A stretch of DNA of 32,000 nucleotides from Promethearchaeum syntrophicum (GTDB lineage: Archaea; Asgardarchaeota; Lokiarchaeia; Sigyniarchaeales; Promethearchaeaceae), in the NCBI RefSeq assembly GCF_008000775.2, contig NZ_CP042905.2, positions 3,660,001-3,692,000 of the forward strand, written 5' to 3'. The notes beneath the pieces were generated by a model. That model did not search any database, had not been told where the DNA came from, and was given only the letters and a program-made list of their open reading frames with translations. Below, in pieces: positions 25,801-32,000 of this stretch. Position 1 is the first letter of the stretch, and the number at the start of each line of letters is the position of its first letter. The translations under genes were made by a program, and so were the position numbers.

Positions 25801-27153
25801 TTACATTTAGCGAACTGGAATAAAATTATAAATATTATCGAATCTCTTGGTTATCCTTACTCCCAAGATAACAAAAAAAGAATAAGGATAAATTCAAATA
25901 TAATTAAGGAAATAATAGTTACTTTATGTTCAAAAGGAGCAGAAAAGAAAAGAATACCATTAGAGATTCTAAATATTGAACGTGCAAAACTATTATTAGA
26001 ATCCTATTTCAATGGAGATGGAAATTTAACTACTAAAAAAAGGAGAAGATATTCCACAATAAGTACACAATTAAAAAACGATCTAGTATATATTTTAGGA
26101 GCACTAGGAAAATACGTTTCAATACATCTCCCTTCAAACAATGACAATATATTTAGGATAATTGAAACAAAGGGTAAAAAATATAAAAGAAAAAATTATG
26201 GTTTATTAGATTTCAATGGTACCACTCCAGTAAAAATAAAAAATATTACAAAACTTGATGGACAGTTTGACGTTTTTGATATAGAAACTGGTAATGGATG
26301 GTTTGTTACTACTAATGGAATTGTTGTCCATAATTGTTACGGTGTGTTTGGAAGCACTGCTTTCCCTTTATATTTTCGCCCAGTTGCGGAAGCCACAACT
26401 GCAATTAGCAGATTTTCAATTCAACAAACCATTGATAAAGCAAAATCAATGAAAGTTGATGTATTATATGGAGACACAGATTCTGTTTTTCTCCTTGATC
26501 CATCCAAGAAACAGATTGAAGAACTTATTCAATGGTCCACGAACGAATTGGATTTGGATTTGGAGTTAGAAAAAACATACCAATTTTTAGCATTATCAAG
26601 TAGAAAGAAAAATTATATAGGAGTAAGAATGGGTGGTCAACAAGTAGATCTTAAAGGATTAATGGCTAAGAAAGGCAATACACCAAATTTCATTAAAATA
26701 CGGTTTAAAGAAGTCCAAAAAATCCTCACGAAAATAGTAGATATGGAATCTTTCAATGATAATCGGAAAAAAATAATTAAGATTATTAAAAGAACAAATA
26801 GTTTAATTGGGAAATCAGAAGAAAAGGGTGGTTTCAAAATTGAAGATTATGGAATTACAATCGTCTTAAAGAGAAAACTTGCAGATTATACAAAAAGCAT
26901 CCCTCAACACGTTAGAGTTGCAAATATGATGACTGAAGCTGAAAAGAAAGATCTCGGTCCCGGTTCTTTTATAACGTTTATAAAAACTCGAACCCAGGAA
27001 AAAGTGAAACCAATCAATCAGGCTAAAATTAATGATATCGATTATAAAAAGTACAAAGAACTAGTTAGAAGTGCCTTTGAACAAGTATTAGATGCATTGG
27101 ATATAAGTTATGAAGAAATTTTAGGAACGATAAAACTATCAAGCTTTTTTTAA
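22885..27153 (+). CDS. polB: family-B DNA polymerase (PolB) interrupted by one intein; Lys-rich N-terminal extension
   Basis: ORF track, 1422 aa. Exo I MAYDIEVEE, Exo II FNGDNFDNTYL, Exo III YNLVDS, motif A LDFSSLYPSV, motif B KVFING/CYGVFG (split by the intein), motif C YGDTDSVF, KKNY. The canonical PolB N-terminus (ILLTVDYDGG) only begins at residue ~165; an alternative start is M163 (ATG 23371). Confidence 0.95.
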   Translation: MPETKKKISKKKKLPSSKSKNFGGLDSFISGKQKKTAKKTKTSSLKKTKKKIPIKEEKEKKNESRNKISEKRDVNFKGSLTPSKKTKKKTKPIEKKQELDKGNLESEKIDKENGKSLEKKYFQKNSDPIGDAQFTFLKRESREQQKSWHLRFLSKEKDIIQDMEKGILLTVDYDGGFNKAFAKFFDLSDNSIKIWIDTTNHEPYCYHTDEKADIENALSGFEGFTKIEEVKKFDLLEDKLIDIRKIYGITPTDIGGAKGIREELGGAWEARIRYHHNFIYDRNLIPGMLYKIDKGKIIPINPQIDEKIELELLKVFQNAPTEMKEMAKLYQPIFSSPTPSLLRMAYDIEVEESPDGGLPNPMLAREKVISISFAATDGLKKVYCLDRDDLKPGTIPENFPKNAEYFFFKNERELIKESFRLFWKYPIIITFNGDNFDNTYLFHRARKLKIKDEENPIYLSRGGGMVTHNTDFKHAIHIDIFQFFANRSIKGYAFGGAYVRNSLEEVSSSLLGSGKIKHEGIMIGEMTLANLIHYNLVDSIRTLELTTFNNGLVWNLIFVLMRITKLPLQDIFRLQISAWIRSLLYYEHRRKNYLIPRMSDLEQRGHFSRTNTSKFQGAYVIDPIPGIHFKVAVLDFSSLYPSVIKTRNLSYETVNCIHPTCEDNMLENTSYWACTKKIGIFAYVVGYLRDIRVKWYKPMSSDKSLSVQKREAAKVMTSALKVFINGCLPYDEEVIIRNKKNQILRKKIGDLSEIWHDIEILSIINEKSKFGKKIFVPIKDFTKKTANSILEITLSDGRNIRCTPEHIIPKVDYEQNFAEIEADKLKIGDNILVHHRNPLNEEQNNSIFIPDIIENEELWIGLEREEYKKHTYRKNQNTENKIISIINSKFKYSKVSKKYKFPWKKLTLDEKESIKEASEKKYIPFLIKYGEEAGKWNNIIFDLQPEFFELLGWYIAEGNSDKNRIVITQSKKLHLANWNKIINIIESLGYPYSQDNKKRIRINSNIIKEIIVTLCSKGAEKKRIPLEILNIERAKLLLESYFNGDGNLTTKKRRRYSTISTQLKNDLVYILGALGKYVSIHLPSNNDNIFRIIETKGKKYKRKNYGLLDFNGTTPVKIKNITKLDGQFDVFDIETGNGWFVTTNGIVVHNCYGVFGSTAFPLYFRPVAEATTAISRFSIQQTIDKAKSMKVDVLYGDTDSVFLLDPSKKQIEELIQWSTNELDLDLELEKTYQFLALSSRKKNYIGVRMGGQQVDLKGLMAKKGNTPNFIKIRFKEVQKILTKIVDMESFNDNRKKIIKIIKRTNSLIGKSEEKGGFKIEDYGITIVLKRKLADYTKSIPQHVRVANMMTEAEKKDLGPGSFITFIKTRTQEKVKPINQAKINDIDYKKYKELVRSAFEQVLDALDISYEEILGTIKLSSFF
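25063..26334 (+). mobile_element. full-length class-1 intein (424 aa) with LAGLIDADG homing endonuclease, inserted in PolB motif B
   Basis: In-frame. N-terminal Cys (CLPYDEEVII), block B TPEH, two LAGLIDADG-type motifs (LLGWYIAEGN, LLESYFNGDGN), C-terminal VVHN followed by the +1 Cys. Removing it restores KVFING-CYGVFGS. Coordinates come from my codon counting (TGT 25063; AAT 26332-26334). Confidence 0.9.
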
Positions 27154-27179
27154 TAATTATTTTTGCTAAATATCCGAAA

Positions 27180-29318
27180 TCATTCAATAATGTTAATACT
27201 ACTAACGAAAATCTTTTTTTTCTTCATAAAATATGCTATTATCCCAGTTACTGCTATAACCGATAGAAATAAAATGATGCTAATTCCAATTGTTAGAATT
27301 TCTTGAGGAGCTGGAGAAATTGTGATAAAAGATGCTCCCGTATATAAAGTTGAATTGTAATTATCCATATAATCAAACGAAACAATTCCATATTGATAAT
27401 CTCCATCTTCTAATTTTAGCTCAACTTCATATTCACAATCCTTGAATTTTGGAATTAAGGGATAATATGTATAATTGTTGAAATCATCCTTGCTAAAGAT
27501 TAGAAACCCATAACAAATTCCAAGCCCGTAATCATTTAAGGTTGTGTTAAAATTAATAAAATCATTTGCTTTGGGTTTATTTGGGGCAATTTGCGTGTCT
27601 TCAATCATTGGGGCTTTATTATCAATTTCCGTATTGACTATACCAGAATAATAAATCATATTATGAGCAGATAACGAATAGTTATACGATCGGCTTCCCA
27701 AGGGAAGTGTAAAAACCATATTTCCTTGTTCATCTGCATTAAAAACCCTATAATGACCATCTTCAGACCATAAAGTCAATTTAGCATTGGGTACGGAAAT
27801 TCCGAATTCAGATTTTATTTGAATAACATATTTTCCCCCTTCATATGCTACAATACCTTCAGGAAATAATGGTGAAAATATTTGTGCGGTCTCAGTATAA
27901 ATGTAAACTGATGGATCTCCCAACAACATATAGGATAGAATAGATTTTCGATCCATTTCAAAATAATCGTAAACTGAAAGGTCTCTATTGAACCAAGAAG
28001 TATTTGCATAAGCTTTCTTAGATTCATACAGAGCTTTTCCTTGTTGAAAATTATTGTTTATAAACATTTCATTGAAAAATAATTTCGTTAATCCCCGATT
28101 AAATTGTTCTAAATAAGTATCGTTAGATAAATACCAAGATAATCGCATTGAACCAATGTATCCAACCGCACCAGTATTTGGTTGATTAATTAAGGTTTCT
28201 CCTAAACTATCCTGAACAGAATAATCATAACTATTAGTAGAACATGCATCAGCAAATATAAATGAAGGCATATTTTGATTCGATAATTGGGGGACATCAC
28301 TTGTTGATAGAACACCTGATGCAGCAAAACTAGTAGGACCCCCGTGTCCAGCATAAACTATAATGGAAGTACCATTGTTTATAGCTTCTAAAGCTGTTGT
28401 TTTTGTTAAGTTCAGAACATTTTCAGAATCTACGGGAGTATAAGCGTAAGTATAGTCCAACATATGCGTCCATTCCATCGAATCATCAACAAAATTATCC
28501 AATATGTATTGGTTAAGAACTCCTTCATCTTCTCCATCCATATCCGATGTAGTAGGGTAATCTGAAATACCAGAGAGTGCCAGATATTTATTCATCCAAT
28601 CCCCCGCATTTATTCCCGCTTCATAATTCATTGTTTTATTGAATATGTCATGTAATTCAGATATATTATCTACGGGAAATCGACCAACATAAACTTCTGG
28701 ATTATAATCTAATTCGGAGATAGATGATGAACTGTTAAAAGCTGAATGCTCTCCCCACTTTCCATCTCCGTCAATATCCCAATTTGATGTTAACTCTGCA
28801 TAATAATAATCTGAGGGTTTTTCATACGGATCTCCAACAGGTTCATTTTCAGGGATCAATAAACTATCAGGATTATAAACATATCGAATAGGAATTAACT
28901 CTGTATCTCCCAATAATAGAATCCATTTTATAGGATAAAGATTATAGTAATATTTAATAGCATTACGGATTTGTTCTGGACCATCTATACCTGCATAATC
29001 AGACCAGTTAGCAACAACTAATGTGGGAATGCCGATTAATTTCTTCCAATCTGCAAAAACTTGCGCTGCCTCCACAAAATTACTATTATCTGGAGATATT
29101 AATAACATTTCATACTGGTTGGGTAGCCATTCTGATTCGTTTCGTATAATTTCGTCTCGTGGAAGCTCTGAAATTATCTTATCTATTTGTGTGGAATCCA
29201 AGGCTTTAACACTACTAATCAATGTGAAAGGAGAAGGACCTAAATTAATTAGCGGAGAAGTGATAAAAACTAGTATTAGAGAAAAAATTATTATTCGATA
29301 AGAGCGACGTCGACTCAT
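27180..29318 (-). CDS. peptidase C25 (gingipain-like cysteine peptidase) with N-terminal signal anchor, beta-sandwich C-terminal domains and C-terminal TM anchor
   Basis: ORF track gives 724 aa; the likely start is ATG 29318 (MSRRRSYRIIIFSLILVFI). His/Cys dyad context IIVYAGHGGP and FIFADACSTNSY. C-terminal TM ILTIGISIILFLSVIAVTGIIAYF followed by KKKK. Confidence 0.75.
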   Translation of the reverse strand: MSRRRSYRIIIFSLILVFITSPLINLGPSPFTLISSVKALDSTQIDKIISELPRDEIIRNESEWLPNQYEMLLISPDNSNFVEAAQVFADWKKLIGIPTLVVANWSDYAGIDGPEQIRNAIKYYYNLYPIKWILLLGDTELIPIRYVYNPDSLLIPENEPVGDPYEKPSDYYYAELTSNWDIDGDGKWGEHSAFNSSSSISELDYNPEVYVGRFPVDNISELHDIFNKTMNYEAGINAGDWMNKYLALSGISDYPTTSDMDGEDEGVLNQYILDNFVDDSMEWTHMLDYTYAYTPVDSENVLNLTKTTALEAINNGTSIIVYAGHGGPTSFAASGVLSTSDVPQLSNQNMPSFIFADACSTNSYDYSVQDSLGETLINQPNTGAVGYIGSMRLSWYLSNDTYLEQFNRGLTKLFFNEMFINNNFQQGKALYESKKAYANTSWFNRDLSVYDYFEMDRKSILSYMLLGDPSVYIYTETAQIFSPLFPEGIVAYEGGKYVIQIKSEFGISVPNAKLTLWSEDGHYRVFNADEQGNMVFTLPLGSRSYNYSLSAHNMIYYSGIVNTEIDNKAPMIEDTQIAPNKPKANDFINFNTTLNDYGLGICYGFLIFSKDDFNNYTYYPLIPKFKDCEYEVELKLEDGDYQYGIVSFDYMDNYNSTLYTGASFITISPAPQEILTIGISIILFLSVIAVTGIIAYFMKKKKIFVSSINIIE

Positions 29319-29467
29319 TTTTACAAAACCTTTAGTTGAGAAATCCACCAACACGTAATATATCCAAAAAATTATTGATTTAAATATTCACCGATTATAA
29401 AACCATACAATTCCTTTATTAAAATCAAAAATTTTTAATTTTTAGGTTGATTTTATAAATTAGAGAT

Positions 29468-29591
29468 GCCAGCGTGGCTTAGCGGCTATAGCGTCTGACT
29501 TGTAAATAATTTTATGGAAAACAACAACAACTTTTTCCTTCAAAATTACAAAGAAATCAGATGATCGAGAGTTCAAATCTCTCCGTTGGCT
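29468..29591 (+). tRNA. tRNA-Thr (anticodon UGU) with a 51-nt intron; no encoded CCA
   Basis: Hand-folded. Acceptor GCCAGCG/CGTTGGC (one G-U pair). D arm GCTT-AGCGGCTA-TAGC with G18G19. Anticodon stem TCTGA/TCAGA, loop CTTGTA[intron]A. Variable loop TGATC. T arm GAGAG-TTCAAAT-CTCTC. Discriminator T at 29591. Mature length is 73 nt. Confidence 0.85.
29505..29555 (+). other. tRNA intron at the canonical 37/38 position (boundaries ambiguous by 1-2 nt because of A runs)
   Basis: 58 nt lie between the two anticodon-stem halves; subtracting the 7 loop nt leaves 51. The intron 3' segment TTACAAAG can pair with the anticodon-loop region CTTGTAA, as expected for a bulge-helix-bulge-type substrate. 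Confidence 0.7.
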
Positions 29592-30204
29592 TTCTATTTT
29601 TAATAATGGAAGATATTGAGTTTAATTCTTTGGATATTATATTGTTTATAAAAGAATTGAGCGAATAATTTAATGGAATACCTTCATACATTCGATTTTT
29701 AAATTTAATATAGGGAAATTGCTTAATGTTGTCTAAATATTTTGCTGCTAGATCTCCAAAGAGAAACTCGTCAATCTTGTATTTTTCTTGTTTAGGAGAA
29801 CCAAAATAATCAATATCTTGTATTTTAAATGTTTTATATTGACGATATCGCTTTTGCATGATATTATAAGCTTTATCTAGGAGTTTACCAATTTGAACAT
29901 TTCGAAAATTTGGTTTTAGTTGACTAAATACCCCTAAATAGGATTTAAATAGAGAATTGATATAATTAGATCTACTAACAGGGAAAAAAATAAAAATAAT
30001 TAAAGGTTCTTCAATCTCTTCATATCTAGATAAATTTTCTTCAAGAATATCCGATTCAATAAGCTTGAATACAAACTCCAGTGAATTACGATCTAAAAAA
30101 GAGCAAAAAACCAGCATTACTATTGACTCGTATTCATTAGCCCTTTTTAATTCGTGTTCCTCATACCATTCTTCTAGAAGCATAATCTTATATTTTACCA
30201 TCAA
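29557..30204 (-). CDS. hypothetical protein; last 12 codons are antisense to the tRNA-Thr 3' half
   Basis: ORF track, 215 aa. I recognise no motifs. The 3' end (…KNRKPTERFELSII*) overlaps tRNA positions 29557-29591 on the opposite strand, so the true extent and whether it is real are uncertain. Confidence 0.4.
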   Translation of the reverse strand: MMVKYKIMLLEEWYEEHELKRANEYESIVMLVFCSFLDRNSLEFVFKLIESDILEENLSRYEEIEEPLIIFIFFPVSRSNYINSLFKSYLGVFSQLKPNFRNVQIGKLLDKAYNIMQKRYRQYKTFKIQDIDYFGSPKQEKYKIDEFLFGDLAAKYLDNIKQFPYIKFKNRMYEGIPLNYSLNSFINNIISKELNSISSIIKNRKPTERFELSII

Positions 30205-30553
30205 ATCAACACCATCTTCGATATTTAACCTTTTTTTTTCATATCCAACACCTTTATGATTTACTCATTTTCTAGATTTTTGTCGGTGATTATGGAGGAG
30301 GTTTTCAATTTCGTTCCCCATAAAAATTTAAATAATGAAAATTTTGAATAATAAATAAAATTCCGACAATAATTGTATTAATAATCTAACCAATATCTGT
30401 TGGAGTTTGAGATTTTATATGAATAATCACATTATTTGATCGTACTGTATTATCAAGCATAATTATCTTTAATTTGAGATAATAAAAATTACGAAAAAAA
30501 CTCTTGGACAACATAATTCCAAAAGAATAAACTTGGGATCCAGGATAAAGTTC

Positions 30554-31210
30554 TTACTCTAATTCATCTAAAATCGATTTGATATTTTCATGAATACTCG
30601 GATTTGTATATATCAAATTCATCCACAGAACCGATTCAAGAATTCTGTTTAACTCCAAGTAATCTATATCCTTAATTCTTTCCAATTTTTGAATTGGAAT
30701 AACACGTAGCATCTCCAGTAATGCACTTTCTTTCTTTATTATGAGATCAGACATTTTCTTAAAAAAAGGTGGAAAATCGATATCCTTACCTAGTAAAATC
30801 TCAAGAAAACAACTCATTCCTGTGCAATATTGTTGAAGAATTCCATGAACATCAGAATCCATTCGATTTTCTTCAGAAATGAATTTTTGATTCAAATAAA
30901 ACTTAGAAGAACGTATATATAAATTATAACTCGAGAGTTTCTGGTCAGGTTGCACAATAACCCTTTTACCTGCAAGATGAATTAAATTCTTTTTTGTGAG
31001 AAAATTTAAATAACGATATATTGTTTTTTTTGATTTCGAAATTGTGGAATTAGAGAAGATTTCAAGTATTTCTTCAACAGTTTTAGGGGAATTACGAAGA
31101 AAGGTAAAAATTTTTGAATAATGTTCATCCAAAAGGATATTTAATTCATCTTTGCTTAAGATTTGAACTGCTTTTTGCTTATAAGTTAGAACATCCTTAG
31201 TTGACTCCAT
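30554..31210 (-). CDS. hypothetical protein with probable N-terminal winged-helix DNA-binding domain
   Basis: The ORF track starts at GTG 31282 (242 aa), which would overlap the divergent S41 gene by 32 nt, so I prefer ATG 31210 (MESTKDV...). The segment SKIFTFLRNSPKTVEEILEIF......SKKTIYRYLNFLTKKNLI resembles ArsR/MarR-type wHTH. This is pattern-level only. Confidence 0.5.
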   Translation of the reverse strand: MESTKDVLTYKQKAVQILSKDELNILLDEHYSKIFTFLRNSPKTVEEILEIFSNSTISKSKKTIYRYLNFLTKKNLIHLAGKRVIVQPDQKLSSYNLYIRSSKFYLNQKFISEENRMDSDVHGILQQYCTGMSCFLEILLGKDIDFPPFFKKMSDLIIKKESALLEMLRVIPIQKLERIKDIDYLELNRILESVLWMNLIYTNPSIHENIKSILDELE

Positions 31211-31250
31211 AAAAAAACTTAAATGATCAATCAATTTATTTATTCTTATT

Positions 31251-32000
31251 ATGCAAGAATCATTCTCAAAAAATGAGAACACATCAAAAAAGAATTCTCC
31301 TTACTGGACACCTCAAAAACGATCAGATTTACTCGTTTTAATAAGGAACTTGATTAATCAAAAATATATTATTCCAGAGATCGCTAAAAAATTAGATGAA
31401 TATTTATCTTCCGCTGAAAATCTACGTCAATTTATAGAAATTCCAGACCCGATACTCTTTGCTCAAACTCTTACAGAAAAACTTCAAAGGGAGTCAAAAG
31501 ATTTTCATTTCTGGATAGAATATTCATCAACACCCAAAATTTCTTCCGGAGAACATAAAGATGAGAAAATTGAGACAGAAATTGAAAAGGATTTGTATTT
31601 TAACCTTCAAAAATATCGAAACGGAAATTTAATCGAAGTAAAACGATTACCCGGCAATATTGGCTATTTCCGTTTGGATGAATTTCCAGAAGTCGAATTG
31701 TTTGGTGAAACTTTTCTTGCTGGGATGCGTTTTCTAGAAAATACAGATGCGATAATTTTTGATGTAAGATATAACGGAGGCGGCAACGCTGATTTCGTAC
31801 AAATTATGGTGAGTTATTTCTTTGAGGGTGATCCAAAATTACTCTACCATTTTGAAGATACCGAAAGCACAGAAATAGTGCAGATGTGGACTTTACCTCT
31901 TGTTGGTGTAAAAAAGCAACCTAAAAAGATAATTTCAATTCTAACCAGTGGGAGGTCGGCATCAGGTGCTGAAGATTTTGCTTATACCATGCAATCTCAG
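31251..32000 (+). CDS. peptidase S41 family (C-terminal processing / tricorn-core / IRBP-like), 5' 250 codons; continues beyond window end
   Basis: My own translation; the ORF is absent from the track because no stop lies in the window. Sequence: MQESFSKNENTSKKNSPYWTPQKRSDLLVLIRNLINQKYIIPEIAKKLDEY...GNIGYFRLDEF....AIIFDVRYNGGGN......ILTSGRSASGAEDFAYTMQ. Both the GY.R...F...IiDlR.N.GG core and the S-x-SA-x-E catalytic-Ser context are present. Upstream in-frame stop at 31224-31226. Confidence 0.8.
   Translation, partial: MQESFSKNENTSKKNSPYWTPQKRSDLLVLIRNLINQKYIIPEIAKKLDEYLSSAENLRQFIEIPDPILFAQTLTEKLQRESKDFHFWIEYSSTPKISSGEHKDEKIETEIEKDLYFNLQKYRNGNLIEVKRLPGNIGYFRLDEFPEVELFGETFLAGMRFLENTDAIIFDVRYNGGGNADFVQIMVSYFFEGDPKLLYHFEDTESTEIVQMWTLPLVGVKKQPKKIISILTSGRSASGAEDFAYTMQSQ

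Noticed and set aside
25063-26334. Alternative reading of the PolB insertion as a free-standing homing-endonuclease gene or a group I intron
   Set aside because: The reading frame is continuous with both exteins. Canonical intein junction residues (Cys1 ... His-Asn/Cys+1) and block B TPEH are present.
25107-26837. Minus-strand ORFs 25107, 25509 and 26637 within polB and the intein
   Set aside because: They are antisense shadows with low-complexity translations.
29432-29460. TATA-like tracts (tttttaatt, ttttataaat) upstream of tRNA-Thr as its promoter
   Set aside because: They are plausible, but in ~70% AT sequence such strings are frequent. The nearer one is too close to the mature 5' end, so I did not report it as a feature.
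30260-30553. Non-coding gap scanned for C/D-box sRNA (gtgatta ... ctga) or other structured RNA
   Set aside because: There is no good C box (RUGAUGA) / D box (CUGA) pair, no terminal stem, and no GC-rich island on either strand.

Overview
AT-rich (roughly 30% GC by eye), gene-dense archaeal chromosomal window. It most likely comes from an Asgard (Loki-type) archaeon. That placement is an inference from four things: an intron-containing tRNA, an RpoA' gene, an intein-bearing family-B DNA polymerase, and a Roadblock-fused Rab/Ras-like small GTPase.

Gene order:
- 1-277 (-): RpoA' N-terminus, found by my own translation and absent from the ORF track.
- 537-2871: a polytopic membrane protein, a Cys-rich DUF3795-like protein and a D-2-hydroxyacid dehydrogenase.
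- 2878-19299, all on the minus strand: two paralogous giant surface proteins rich in N-glycosylation sequons (one appears split by a 1-nt frameshift), ADP-forming acetyl-CoA synthetase beta subunit, a Roadblock/LC7 + Rab-like GTPase fusion, a SERCA-like P2-type ATPase, and a CinA/MoCF-like protein.
- 19334-22722: two translationally coupled unknowns, a soluble orphan histidine kinase and a thiolase.
- 22885-27153 (+): PolB carrying a 424-aa LAGLIDADG intein in motif B and a Lys-rich N-terminal extension.
- 27180-32000: a membrane-anchored C25 (gingipain-like) peptidase, tRNA-Thr(UGU) with a 51-nt intron, two unknowns (one wHTH-like), and the 5' part of an S41 peptidase gene that runs off the window.

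Most interesting observation: the 1851-aa transmembrane protein has a ~630-aa cytoplasmic region that begins with a Roadblock/longin-like module and ends in TPR/MIT-like helical repeats. It sits two genes from the Roadblock-GTPase fusion. I propose these form a receptor-to-small-GTPase module; this is untested.

Other signals: a 302-bp gene-conversion tract between the paralogs, 282-bp tandem coding repeats, two frame anomalies at homopolymers, PIP-like motifs in PolB, and a hairpin+T6 in the ATPase leader. No CRISPR array, rRNA or classical transposon was seen. All homology calls rest on motif recognition by eye; no searches were run.
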